From a virus (lineage: Duplodnaviria > Heunggongvirae > Uroviricota > Caudoviricetes): a stretch of DNA of 64,000 bases. The number at the start of each line of letters is the position of its first letter. Within the stretch, counting starts at the first letter, position 1. A program made the position numbers and the translations under genes. Below are positions 36,492-45,710 of this stretch, in pieces. Where the stretch lies: positions 37,578-101,577 of IMG/VR virus record IMGVR_UViG_2935054407_000002; one strand, given 5' to 3'. Under the pieces are notes generated by a model, which worked only from the letters and a program-made list of their open reading frames with translations, was not told the origin of the DNA and did no database searches.

Positions 36492-36825
36492 CGGCCATCT
36501 CCTCGTTGGCGACGGCCAGGAGTACGTCTGCGTGGCACGGGTCTTCGGGCTTGCACCAGCAGCACAGGTCTCGGCCCGCCAACTCGGCGCGGATCATGTC
36601 GCGCAGGTCCGGGCGGGCGGCGAGGTAGCGGCGGAAGAGGTCCACGGCCTGCTCGTGGTTGCGGACGACGCCCATGATGAGTTCGTCGTTCTCGGCAAAG
36701 CGGAACACCTCGCCGATCTTGAACGGGTTGCCCCACCGGGACGGGCGGGACACGACGACCGCCCCCTCAGGTTTCCGCCAGTCCTTCGTTCGGCGGAGTT
36801 GGACACGCTTCGGCTCAGCGGGCAT
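36484..36825 (-). CDS. DUF4326 family protein
   Basis: RPSRWGNPF motif near the N-terminus. Confidence 0.6.
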   Translation of the reverse strand: MPAEPKRVQLRRTKDWRKPEGAVVVSRPSRWGNPFKIGEVFRFAENDELIMGVVRNHEQAVDLFRRYLAARPDLRDMIRAELAGRDLCCWCKPEDPCHADVLLAVANEEMADA

Positions 36826-36948
36826 CGGGCTTCTCCTCTTCGGGTGGTGCGGAGGCGGCTGCCAGGACGTCAGGCGGCGGGTCTACGGGTTCGAAGCGGG
36901 GCGTGGTGTCCGGGGCCCGCCAGCGGGTCAGGCGCTCCCAGAGGCGCC

Positions 36949-37386
36949 TCACAGCGCCTCCCCGTCCTGCTTGGAGGCGAGGGCGAACAGGTCAATCTCG
37001 TCTGAGCGGACCATGTCGAGGACGGCGTCGACGGCGATGGATGCGGCGCGGGTCACGTCTACTTCGGTGTCGCCCTGCGTGTGTGCCTTGAGGCGGGAGG
37101 CGATGCGCTCGTACATCAGGTCCTCCGGGCCGAGGTCCTCGCCTGTGCGGCGTAGCCACTCCGGGGACATGCGGGGCGCAGGCGCGGACATGGGCTTCTC
37201 CGGGAGCTCGCCTGGTTTGCCGTGGGTGATGAGGATCAACGCCCAGTGCTTGAAGCCGACGACGGGCCACCAGTAGGAGCGGCGTTCCATCTCGGGTTGG
37301 GCGAGGAGCGCGGCGAACTTGGCCAGCTCGCCGATCGGGCTACGGCTCATGCGGGTTCTTGTCCTTTCGGTGCCCCGCCCAGACAC
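36949..37386 (-). CDS. Hypothetical protein
   Basis: 145 aa ORF. Probable internal start MSRSPIGE. Confidence 0.45.
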   Translation of the reverse strand: MSGRGTERTRTRMSRSPIGELAKFAALLAQPEMERRSYWWPVVGFKHWALILITHGKPGELPEKPMSAPAPRMSPEWLRRTGEDLGPEDLMYERIASRLKAHTQGDTEVDVTRAASIAVDAVLDMVRSDEIDLFALASKQDGEAL

Positions 37387-37404
37387 GAAGGGGCGGGAGG
37401 TGGG

Positions 37405-37680
37405 TCAGAGTGCGCGGTGAGGTCGAGCAGCGCGAGCAGCAGCCGTGATCGACTCCGCATCGTCAGCGGACAGGTACACCTCGACGACCGAGGCGTCTCG
37501 GATGCTGGCCAGCGCCACGAGGGTGGTGTCATCGGCGTGACTGTTGGCGTTCTCAGCTGCGGTGATGAAGCGGCGGGAGTCTTGCCACCGGATGGTGACG
37601 GTGGTGACGGCGCCGGTTCGGAAGTCGATGATCGTGAGCTTGTCGAGGTCGTTCAGATCGAGTGCGGCGGTCACGTCGAG
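37405..37680 (-). CDS. Hypothetical protein
   Basis: Start MDVTAALDLNDLDKL... Confidence 0.4.
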   Translation of the reverse strand, partial: LDVTAALDLNDLDKLTIIDFRTGAVTTVTIRWQDSRRFITAAENANSHADDTTLVALASIRDASVVEVYLSADDAESITAAARAARPHRAL

Positions 37681-37744
37681 CCCCTTTCGATGATCTTGTC
37701 GCGGGGGTGGTGCTTGTCCGGCAAGACACCGGACAGGGCGGGGG

Positions 37745-38104
37745 TCAGCGGGTGGTGGCGCGGATGCGCTCAGGCTCGACACGCTCGGTGTCGTCCACCG
37801 CGCCCAGGCCGTTGAGGATGTCCACGAGTTCAGCGAGCGTGGTCGGCTTCACCTCGCCGATCGTCTTGAAGAACCCTGGGAGCTGCTCGAACGCGGCGAA
37901 CGCGTCGTCGAAAATGTCGAGGCGGATCGAGGGCGTCCGCTGGCCAAGCTCGATCTCTTTGGCTACGAACTCCCAGGCGCAGCCTCCGCCTCGGGAACTG
38001 GCCACGATGCTCAGTTGCGGCACGTCGACCGTTCCGGGGACCTTCGCGTACCAGGCTTCGTGGGCGATGACGTAGGTCAGGTAGCAGTCGTCGGGCAGGT
38101 TCAT
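37745..38104 (-). CDS. Hypothetical protein
   Basis: Start MNLPDDCYLTYVIAHEAW... Confidence 0.45.
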   Translation of the reverse strand: MNLPDDCYLTYVIAHEAWYAKVPGTVDVPQLSIVASSRGGGCAWEFVAKEIELGQRTPSIRLDIFDDAFAAFEQLPGFFKTIGEVKPTTLAELVDILNGLGAVDDTERVEPERIRATTR

Positions 38105-38263
38105 CGGGGTCCTTTCATGGCTGTTGATCAAACTGGAGTGCGATTTACGGCTGAAAGTGGATCTAGGGTTCGGGATCACGAGCCGATTACGGCCCTGTAG
38201 GCGATCTAGAGGCGTTGAGTTGTGGAGCCCCAAGTCGGAGTCGCGTGGGCCGTGCGGGCGGCT

Positions 38264-38509
38264 CTACGGCGTTGCTAGGGGCCCTCTCGGAGCCACTGAG
38301 GCAGACGGGGCGGGAGCGTCGTCGGGCTTCTTCTCGGGCTCGCCGGTTCCCGCGCACCGCTCGCCGGAGCTGAACCCCGACGAAGTGATCCCGTCGTGCC
38401 GGAACAAGCGGCCCGCCTTGGTGAGCGCGTAAGGCCCCACCCCGCAGACAGGGCAGCGCCCGTATCGGCGGATCACGCGAACCCCAGCCCGCGGAACGTC
38501 AACACCCAC
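38264..38509 (-). CDS. Small zinc-ribbon protein
   Basis: CPVCG...CAG. Confidence 0.4.
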   Translation of the reverse strand: MGVDVPRAGVRVIRRYGRCPVCGVGPYALTKAGRLFRHDGITSSGFSSGERCAGTGEPEKKPDDAPAPSASVAPRGPLATP

Positions 38510-38991
38510 CGGGCATCTCCCTGCCGCTGATACAGAACCTCGGACATGGCGGACTCGAACCGGATCCGCCAGTCGCCCGGCAGCTCCCGGGCACGCAACT
38601 CGAAGTGAGCGAGCCGCTTCTTCTCGCTGTCTCCCGACCAGACCCGCTCACCGTCTCGGGTGACCGTGACCGCTCCGCAGCCGACGGCGCAGACGCGCGT
38701 CAGTGGAAGCACCGCAGGTTTGGGCGGGCAGCTCAAGCAGCCGCCCGGCACCGGGGTCGTGGAGAACGGGGGCAGGTCGCTTCCGGGGCCTTCATGTCCG
38801 CAGTACATCCACCGGGACCCGCGGGCGAACCTGCTCGCCAGCATCCGGGTGCGCTTCCCCTGCCGGCTGACGGCGTACACGTACGGGTAAGCCAGCTCAG
38901 TCACGGCGAGGTAGCGGTGCTCACCCCAGCGGGTGTCGTTGTAGGCCCACGTCTGCCCGACCTCGACAGCGATCCGATCTGGGCGGGTCAC
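38473..38991 (-). CDS. Hypothetical protein
   Basis: 172 aa ORF. Confidence 0.5.
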   Translation of the reverse strand: MTRPDRIAVEVGQTWAYNDTRWGEHRYLAVTELAYPYVYAVSRQGKRTRMLASRFARGSRWMYCGHEGPGSDLPPFSTTPVPGGCLSCPPKPAVLPLTRVCAVGCGAVTVTRDGERVWSGDSEKKRLAHFELRARELPGDWRIRFESAMSEVLYQRQGDARWVLTFRGLGFA

Positions 38992-39174
38992 GCGATCTTC
39001 CTCTCGTCGGCCAGAACGGCAGCCCTGATGGTGGGGTCAGTGCTCATCCAGTTCGCGAGGTTGGCGATCAGCGCTTCGATGTCGCGCTCCTCGACGGCCT
39101 GGAGGTAGCCGTGCCTCAGGGCGCGGGCGGCGCGGACAGCGCCGGCGAAGTTGGTCATGAGGGGTCCTCTCGGG

Positions 39175-40557
39175 TCAGACGGCGCGGAGATGTCCGCCGG
39201 GGGCGGGCGGGTTCTGGCCTGGCGTGTTGGGTGCCATGTCGACGAAGCGGCTGTAGTGGAGCTGGCTTGCGACGGTGATCGTGGCGCGGGGCCCGTTGCG
39301 GTTCTTGGCGACGATCAGGTCGGCCTCGCCGGCCCGCGCACAGGTGGGTTCGTAGTAGTCGTCGCGGTGAAGGAGGATCACGATGTCGCTGTCCTGCTCA
39401 ATGGCGCCGCTTTCGCGCAGGTCAGAGGCGACGGGTCTCTTGTCGGCGCGCTTCTCGGACTCGCGGCTGAGCTGAGACAGCAGCATGATCGGCACCCGGA
39501 ACTCCATCGCGAGGAGCTTCATCCCGCGGGTGAGAGCGGCGATCTCCTGCTCTCGGCTGGCGGCCTTCGGTGCTGTCAACAGCTGCAGGTAGTCGACGAC
39601 GACCATGCCGATCGGGCCGGTTCGCAGGAGCGTTCGCAGGACCGAGCGGATTCGCTCCAGGGAGCATCCCGGCTGGTCGTCGATCGAAAGCGGGGCGCCG
39701 GACACGCGGGCCGCGGTTTGTGAGAGCCGCGCAAGCTGTTCGCCGGTGACGTCGTAGTCACGGATCGCCTTCAGCGACACCTTCGCCTCGGCCGAGGAGA
39801 TCCGCTGCAGCACCTCGCGGCGAGACATCTCCAGGGTGAACATCACGACGCGCTGGTTGTCCCGCAGAGCCGCAGAGCGGACCACGTCAACGGCGAACGT
39901 TGACTTACCCACCGAAGGGCGAGCGCCCACCACGATGAGCTGACCCGCCTGAAATGACGTGACGAGCGACGCCAAGTCAACGTACGGCGGGACGATCCCC
40001 TCTGCCTTCGGCGGCGGGTTCTCCAGGTCGTTCAGCAGGTCGATCATGTCTTGGGAGACGTCCTGCGGCTGATCGCCGAGTCGGTGGGCGGCGGCGTCGT
40101 CGACTAGCTTGCGGATCATGTCGACGTCGGCTTCCGGATCCCAGCCCGCGTTCTCCGTCATCTGGAGACTGCGGCGAAGCGCCGTGTTGATCCGGCGGCG
40201 GAGTCCATCGTTGGCGACCCGCCGGGCGTGGTACGACAGCGAGCCGGCCGCGGCGGCGTGCTCCATCAGCGTCGCCAGGTACGGGCCTCCGCCGACGCGA
40301 TCGGTATCGCCGCGGGCATGCAGTTCGCCGAACACGGAGGCGGGGTCGATGGGCTTGCCCGCGTGCAGCAGCGACAGTGCCGCGGCGAACACCGCGCCAG
40401 CGGCGGAGAAGAAGTCGTCGACGGCCAGCAGGTCAGCGGCTTCGCCCATCGCTTCCTTCGACTGGATCACCGCGCCGGCCACCGCGACCTCTGCGGCGAT
40501 GACCGCGTCGCTGGGGGCCCAGCCGTCGAAGCTGCTCAGGTCGATTTCTGCGGTCAC
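39175..40557 (-). CDS. dnaB: Replicative DNA helicase DnaB
   Basis: Walker A GARPSVGKST, Walker B VVVDYLQL. N-terminal DnaB domain. Confidence 0.85.
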   Translation of the reverse strand: MTAEIDLSSFDGWAPSDAVIAAEVAVAGAVIQSKEAMGEAADLLAVDDFFSAAGAVFAAALSLLHAGKPIDPASVFGELHARGDTDRVGGGPYLATLMEHAAAAGSLSYHARRVANDGLRRRINTALRRSLQMTENAGWDPEADVDMIRKLVDDAAAHRLGDQPQDVSQDMIDLLNDLENPPPKAEGIVPPYVDLASLVTSFQAGQLIVVGARPSVGKSTFAVDVVRSAALRDNQRVVMFTLEMSRREVLQRISSAEAKVSLKAIRDYDVTGEQLARLSQTAARVSGAPLSIDDQPGCSLERIRSVLRTLLRTGPIGMVVVDYLQLLTAPKAASREQEIAALTRGMKLLAMEFRVPIMLLSQLSRESEKRADKRPVASDLRESGAIEQDSDIVILLHRDDYYEPTCARAGEADLIVAKNRNGPRATITVASQLHYSRFVDMAPNTPGQNPPAPGGHLRAV

Positions 40558-41156
40558 TTCGACCTCCGCCGGTCCGCGCCGATCATCTTCACTACGTGGG
40601 CGCCGTCCTGGATGCGGGAAGAGACCCGCTCGCCGAGGAGGTCGCGCAGTTTCGGGTTGTTGGAGGCGACCAGCGTGGGCCTCTGGAAAGCCCAGCGGGT
40701 GTCGAGCAGCCCCATGAGGTGGTCGGCGTCCCAGTCGGAGACGCGAATGGATCCGAGATCATCGAGCGCGAGGATGTCGACCGTCGCCAGGTCGTTGAAC
40801 GCGACATCGTTCACGGGCGGGGTGAGGAGCTGCTTCAGGTCGTATCCGGTCTTGATCTCCATGCCGCCGCGAAACCCGGCCTTGATGAGGGTTTCTTTGA
40901 TCTTCCACAGGGACCAGGACTTGCCGACGCCGACGTTGCCGATCAGCAGCATCCCGGCCGCATCGTGGGCGAGGAACCTGCGGACCCACGTCGTGATCTC
41001 CGGCAGCAGCTCACCATCGGCGGCGAACACCGCCGGGCGCTCGGCGTAGAAGTGCTTCAGCCGGAACTGAACCTGCTCTTCCAGCCAGGACGCGCTGGCC
41101 TCAGCGCGAGCGGCCTCGTAGTCGTAGTCGTCCGGGTCGGACTCGTTGAGGTTCAT
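40554..41156 (-). CDS. DnaC/IstB-like helicase loader ATPase
   Basis: Walker A LLIGNVGVGKSW, Walker B ILALDDLG. ATGA overlap with dnaB. Confidence 0.75.
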   Translation of the reverse strand: MNLNESDPDDYDYEAARAEASASWLEEQVQFRLKHFYAERPAVFAADGELLPEITTWVRRFLAHDAAGMLLIGNVGVGKSWSLWKIKETLIKAGFRGGMEIKTGYDLKQLLTPPVNDVAFNDLATVDILALDDLGSIRVSDWDADHLMGLLDTRWAFQRPTLVASNNPKLRDLLGERVSSRIQDGAHVVKMIGADRRRSK

Positions 41157-42217
41157 ACCTCGATCTCCATGTCAGCGAGTTCTTCAGCAGTTGGGGTGTG
41201 AGAGCGGGCACCGGAGTTCGCGGCGAAGCGGGAGTCTCTAGAGTCCTTGGGCTTCTTGGCCGCGGCGTCGCGCTGAAGCTGCGTGGCGAGGTCCTGCCAT
41301 CCGCCAGCGCCCATGTTGCGGGCTGCGATGAGGAGCGCTTCGTGATCGGTGTTCTTGTCGCCGAGGAGCGCACGGGCTTGCTTGCCCACCCGATTGCGGA
41401 GCGTCTCGGCAGGAGCGGGCTGCCCGGCTGCCTTCGCGCCTTCCATGTAGGCGGCGATGACGGTCCCGGCATTGATCGGCTTGGCCGAATCGCGGCGCGG
41501 CGGAGCCGTGCTGCCCGAAGGGAAAGATCCTAGATCCAAGGTCCTAGGTCCTAGATCCAGAGTCGAGGGCTCGCGAGGGTCTCGCGAATCCTCGCGGGAG
41601 TCTCGCGAGGATTTACCTTTTTGCTGGTCAGGCTGAGTCTCGAATTTCTCGGGAGCCTTCGCCGAGCCCTCGGGAGTGTTCGTGGAGGGCTCGCGAGGGC
41701 TCCCGGAGGTCAGATCCTCACCATGTCCGCTTTGATGCGATTCAGCCGGAATCGAGGGCTCGCGAGAGTCTCGCGAGGGTTCGCTGAGGTTTCGAGGGGG
41801 AGACGCGGAAGGGGGGCACTCCTCGCTTCCGTGGATCGAGCACTCGTCCTTCTCTCGCCAATGGTCGGCGAGGGGACACCGAGGGAGTCGCGACTTGCCG
41901 GCCTTGTCGACCTTCTGGTGGTCGTCCCACGTCACGAAGTGGAGGTAGCGCTTACCGTCGCAGCCGACATACCGGCAGATGGCGCCCACCTGCTGCAGCT
42001 CGGCCAACTCGTTGTCCAAGTCGGCGGCTGTGTGGAGCTTCTGCTCTGACCGGACCGCCCACAGTGCGCCGTTGATGACGGCGGGCTTGTCGGGGTGGCG
42101 ACCTCGGTCGTCAGCCTGAGTGGTCAGGCCGTAAAACGTGCGCTCAGCTTCGAGCGACACTTCCGCAAGTGTTTCCGACTGGAACGCTTCCGGCTTGAGA
42201 CTGCGAATCCGCGCCAC
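41153..42217 (-). CDS. Putative replication initiator with an internal repeat-encoded low-complexity region (lambda O-like role)
   Basis: Sits upstream of and coupled to the loader and helicase genes. The central part encodes SRDSREPS-type repeats from iteron-like DNA. Confidence 0.5.
   Translation of the reverse strand: MARIRSLKPEAFQSETLAEVSLEAERTFYGLTTQADDRGRHPDKPAVINGALWAVRSEQKLHTAADLDNELAELQQVGAICRYVGCDGKRYLHFVTWDDHQKVDKAGKSRLPRCPLADHWREKDECSIHGSEECPPSASPPRNLSEPSRDSREPSIPAESHQSGHGEDLTSGSPREPSTNTPEGSAKAPEKFETQPDQQKGKSSRDSREDSRDPREPSTLDLGPRTLDLGSFPSGSTAPPRRDSAKPINAGTVIAAYMEGAKAAGQPAPAETLRNRVGKQARALLGDKNTDHEALLIAARNMGAGGWQDLATQLQRDAAAKKPKDSRDSRFAANSGARSHTPTAEELADMEIEV
41515..41800. repeat. 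Iteron-like repeats inside the initiator gene; candidate phage origin of replication
   Basis: Multiple (G)CTCGCGAG(G/A)G / TCTCGCGAG copies and tcctagatcca/ggtcctaggtcctagatcc repeats. Confidence 0.5.
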
Positions 42218-42366
42218 TGGTGGCGTCTCCCTTAGTGCTGGTGAGGGTCTTACCGGGCAAGCGAAAGCTGGCCCCGTCTTCGTGTTGACGTGCTGCTAAA
42301 ACCGGCGCGCATTGGCGTACCTCGTCAGTTGCTTGAGGGGCTTGCCGTCTCCGACCCGGACCACGT

Positions 42367-42847
42367 TCATCCGGTGGGGGCCGTACGACCGATAGAGCTG
42401 CCACCAGGTCCGGGGGTGCCATGGGTGGCCGTGTATGACTCGCTCCCACCCCGCTTGGTGCGCATCCGCTGGGGTTGGCGCCCGCCGAAGTCAACAACCG
42501 ATCCGATGGGCGGCTCGTCAGGCAGGTCAACGCCAACGCCGTAAGTGGTGAGCATCCCGATGAACCACGAGTTCTCCAGGTAGGCGGCGAATGCCGCGTC
42601 TCTCGGGACTTCGAGGTCCTTGCCGAGGATGGTGTTGCAGGTATTGCAGAGCAGGCCCCTCACGGCCCAATTGCCTCGGCCTGCGTCGTGGTCGATGAAC
42701 AGCATCCGCTTGGAGTTCTGCCAGCCCGGCAAGCGGCAGACCTGGCAGGAGTTATCCGCTTCATCGAGGAGGCGATCGAATTGCTCGCACGTCATCCGGT
42801 AGTGCTTGTGCCGGCAGGTCTCGTGGGCGGGGAAATCGCGGTTCATC
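42367..42847 (-). CDS. Recombination endonuclease VII family (Holliday junction resolvase)
   Basis: CQVCRLPGW...LFIDHDAGRGNWAVRGLLCNTCNTILG is the classic EndoVII signature. Confidence 0.75.
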
Positions 42848-42910
42848 TGGCCTCTTAGCGTTTCGGGGGGTGCCAAATAACACCGGTGGCCAAGGTTCCC
42901 CTTGATCCGG

Positions 42911-42981
42911 GTGTACGTACACCTTACACTTTGGTGTACGTACACCGCCAGGAGGTCACTTTGAAATCCGTACGTACACCC
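42911..42981. promoter_or_regulatory. Operator cluster: three copies of the palindrome GTGTACGTACAC
   Basis: Perfect 12-bp palindromes at 42911-42922 and 42935-42946. A third, partial copy overlaps the TTG start of the RHH gene. Confidence 0.6.
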
Positions 42982-43227
42982 CGCACACTGGGGAGCGTGC
43001 CCAACAAGCCCCGCACCCAGCACCGGTCGGTTCGCGTCGATGACGCCGACTGGGGAGACCTCGACGCGGTCGCGGAGATGAGCGGCACCGACCGAGCGAA
43101 GATCATCAACGCGTACATCCAGTACCACCTGCACCGGGCAGGAGCGAGCCTCCCCGAACGACCGACACGCGAGCAGGTGGCTAAGGCCATCGCGCACCGC
43201 GTGCTCGGCTCTCCTGCTTCTGACTGA
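42961..43227 (+). CDS. Ribbon-helix-helix (CopG/Arc-like) DNA-binding protein
   Basis: AGGAGG, six bases, then a TTG start. RSVRVDDADWGDLDAVAEMSGTDRAKIINAYIQ fits the RHH beta-alpha-alpha pattern. Confidence 0.55.
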   Translation: MKSVRTPRTLGSVPNKPRTQHRSVRVDDADWGDLDAVAEMSGTDRAKIINAYIQYHLHRAGASLPERPTREQVAKAIAHRVLGSPASD

Positions 43228-43253
43228 CCCGCTCACCCCTCCACCCCAGGCGA

Positions 43254-43622
43254 TCATGAGGTCACTTCCACGACTTCGATCCCCGCGGCCTTCGCTCTCC
43301 GCATGCAATCCCTGGTCCCGGTAGCGGCCCCAGCGGGGAACGCGAGACATAGGTGGGCGCCGAGGGTGACCATGTGCTGGTTGCGGATGTGGCCAGCGGC
43401 GCGGCCGTGGGTGTCCCAGTCGGCGGGGTGCCGCTCCACCTCGATGTGGTTGCGGCGGGCCCACGCGTCAGCGAACCGGTCAGCTCCGCGGGCGTGCCCG
43501 TGGACCACGAGCATCATTCCGTCGAGCTGCGTGACGTCATGCCACGCCGCGGTGAGCGCGGCTTCGAGCGCTTCGACGTTGGTCCAACGGCGGCTGCCGG
43601 TCACGAGAATCCGGTAGATCAC
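43254..43622 (-). CDS. SLOG/DUF2493-like Rossmann protein
   Basis: ILVTGSRRW...VVHGHARGADRFADAW pattern. Confidence 0.45.
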   Translation of the reverse strand: MIYRILVTGSRRWTNVEALEAALTAAWHDVTQLDGMMLVVHGHARGADRFADAWARRNHIEVERHPADWDTHGRAAGHIRNQHMVTLGAHLCLAFPAGAATGTRDCMRRAKAAGIEVVEVTS

Positions 43623-43698
43623 GTGCGTTCACCTCCTCGTTCGGGTGGGTGGGGTGGGCGGTGAAGCCCACCCCAGAGGGACGTCAGGGCAGGTCGAG

Positions 43699-44616
43699 CT
43701 ACTTAGGGGTGGGGAACTTCTCGTTCTCGGCGAACTTCAGCAGCGTGATCTCGCGGCCCTCGCGGTAGGCGTTCCACGACTTGATGGTCAGCGCGGTGGG
43801 GTGGATCTCAGGGACGCGGCCAGGCTGGGAGTTCAGGTCCACTAGCCGGTTGCGTAACGTCAGGATCGGGTTGCCCTTAGCGAGCATCGCGCCGTCACTG
43901 AGCCGGTCGAAGAACTCCGCGCACTGGGCCTCGCACTGTCCTTCGTCGAGGCGGGAGAACAGCCACCAGCACAATCCGATCGTGGACGGCGCCAGCAGCT
44001 TCGCGCGGCGGTGGTGGCTGGCGGCCTGGGATGCTTCCCGCAACTCCGGGTGCTGGTCGAGGAATTCCAGCGACTCCAGGGCGCTCGGCTGGTACCTCGC
44101 CGTTCCGCTTCGGAGTCCTCGCTCCCACAGCAGCGCTCGCCGAACAACCGCTGCCAGCGTGCCGGGGTCGGACTCGCCGCGGAACCCGAACCTGTCGCGC
44201 ATGGTGCGCTTGGCGCCGTCGTCGACCGTGTCCCGGGCGGTGTCGGGCAGGTTGGACACCACGAGCATCCACCCGGACGTTCCGGACGCCACACGGGCCT
44301 CCAGGCGGTGCTGGCCGTCCATGAGGTCCCCGGAGGCCGACACCCGGATGGCGTCGCCGTTCTCACTGAACCGGCCGGCGGCCATGTCGCGGGCGATCTT
44401 GTCGCGGGCGTCCAAGCGCATCGGCCGGTTGTTGTTGTTCCGGTACAGCCACCTCTCCGCGATGGCCGGCGTCACCCACACCAGCTCGTACATGACGCCG
44501 TCTGGGGAGGTGAACGAGCGAGGGTTGTGCTTGCCCGCCACGACCGAGGCGGGAAGGACAGAGCCGTTCGGGGTCGGCTCGTCTGGGGAGATGAACGCTA
44601 CGGTTGTCGCTGACAT
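43699..44616 (-). CDS. ParB-like nuclease / DGQHR-domain protein
   Basis: MDGQHRLEA motif. Confidence 0.65.
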   Translation of the reverse strand: MSATTVAFISPDEPTPNGSVLPASVVAGKHNPRSFTSPDGVMYELVWVTPAIAERWLYRNNNNRPMRLDARDKIARDMAAGRFSENGDAIRVSASGDLMDGQHRLEARVASGTSGWMLVVSNLPDTARDTVDDGAKRTMRDRFGFRGESDPGTLAAVVRRALLWERGLRSGTARYQPSALESLEFLDQHPELREASQAASHHRRAKLLAPSTIGLCWWLFSRLDEGQCEAQCAEFFDRLSDGAMLAKGNPILTLRNRLVDLNSQPGRVPEIHPTALTIKSWNAYREGREITLLKFAENEKFPTPK

Positions 44617-44673
44617 CAGGTTCTCCTAGGTCTGGTGGGGTAAGGGGGCCGCCCGCGCACCGGGCGGCCCTTT

Positions 44674-44943
44674 TCATGCAGGGCTCTGACTGGTGGCATC
44701 TCGCGGTTCGAGGCGCTGGCGGGCTTGCCGGTCCCAGCGGCGGATCCGGTCGCGTTCAGGCTTCGACATGCCGGCCTGGATGCCGATGGTCGGCTGGCGA
44801 AGCGCGTCGAACGTGCAGGGAATAAGCGACTCACACGCTCGACAGAGGTTCACCAGGGCGGGCGGCGGGCGGCCTTTGGTACTGAAGAACCGGTCAGGGT
44901 CACCGGTGCGGCAAGCGCCTCGCTGGCGCCAGTCCACGCTCAT
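44674..44943 (-). CDS. WhiB-family transcription factor
   Basis: ACRTGDPDRFF...LCRACESLIPC four-Cys pattern. Confidence 0.7.
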   Translation of the reverse strand: MSVDWRQRGACRTGDPDRFFSTKGRPPPALVNLCRACESLIPCTFDALRQPTIGIQAGMSKPERDRIRRWDRQARQRLEPRDATSQSPA

Positions 44944-45710
44944 GCCGTCACCCGCTGCTTCTGCCGGCGGACCTTGTACCGCTCGTACTCCGCGGACGCC
45001 GCGACGATCAGCGGAGAACGGTCCCCCTCCTCGCGGTGGGCCCGCTGGCAGCGACCCAACTCCAACGGGGTCATCCGCTGCACCCGGCGACGGATCTCGT
45101 CCTTGAGCTCAGCGTCGGTGAGGTCAAGCAGTTCGTCGTCCCAGTCCTGCGGACGAGGCCAGCGGTTACGTGTGGCCATCGCATGAGCGTGGGAAGCGGA
45201 GATGCGCTCCCCCGTGGACGCGGTCGGCGCCGGTTGATTCCACAACTCGTCGTACAGATCACGAACCAGGCGAGCTGTCACCGCGAGGATCCGCTGCCGA
45301 CCGAGAACACGAATGAACTCGTTCTCAGGCTTGCCGCAGCGCAATGCCAGCGCCCGAGCAGACCAGCCCAAAGCGATCAACGCCTGCAGTCGCCGCTTCG
45401 TACCGGCCGCGTCCACCGCGACCATGTCCGGCATCTGCTCCAGCGTCGGCCAGAACTCCAGCAGCTTGCTCGCGTTCGCCGCGGACATCATGACCGCGGG
45501 CGCCTTCCCTGCTGCCGGTTCCCCGTACATCAGGTACATAAGGGACCTGAGAGTGACGCCCGCTAGATCAGCGATGACCGCCAAGCTCAGTCCGTACTCG
45601 CGAAGCTCGCGGACGTGGGCACGCGCTGGCTCCGCCTCGACGTGAGGCTTCCACAGGCCCCGCTCGCGCATCAGAGCGCGGTGTTTCATGTAAGCGCGCC
45701 GGCTCGTCAT
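44940..45710 (-). CDS. HTH-containing hypothetical protein
   Basis: 256 aa. LREYGLSLAVIADLAGVTLRSL HTH-like segment. Confidence 0.5.
   Translation of the reverse strand: MTSRRAYMKHRALMRERGLWKPHVEAEPARAHVRELREYGLSLAVIADLAGVTLRSLMYLMYGEPAAGKAPAVMMSAANASKLLEFWPTLEQMPDMVAVDAAGTKRRLQALIALGWSARALALRCGKPENEFIRVLGRQRILAVTARLVRDLYDELWNQPAPTASTGERISASHAHAMATRNRWPRPQDWDDELLDLTDAELKDEIRRRVQRMTPLELGRCQRAHREEGDRSPLIVAASAEYERYKVRRQKQRVTA

Noticed and set aside
42367-43464. 365-aa ORF extending the endonuclease VII gene upstream across the RHH and SLOG genes
   Set aside because: The EndoVII homology starts at the internal Met (42847). The upstream extension overlaps two better-supported genes and reads as low-complexity.
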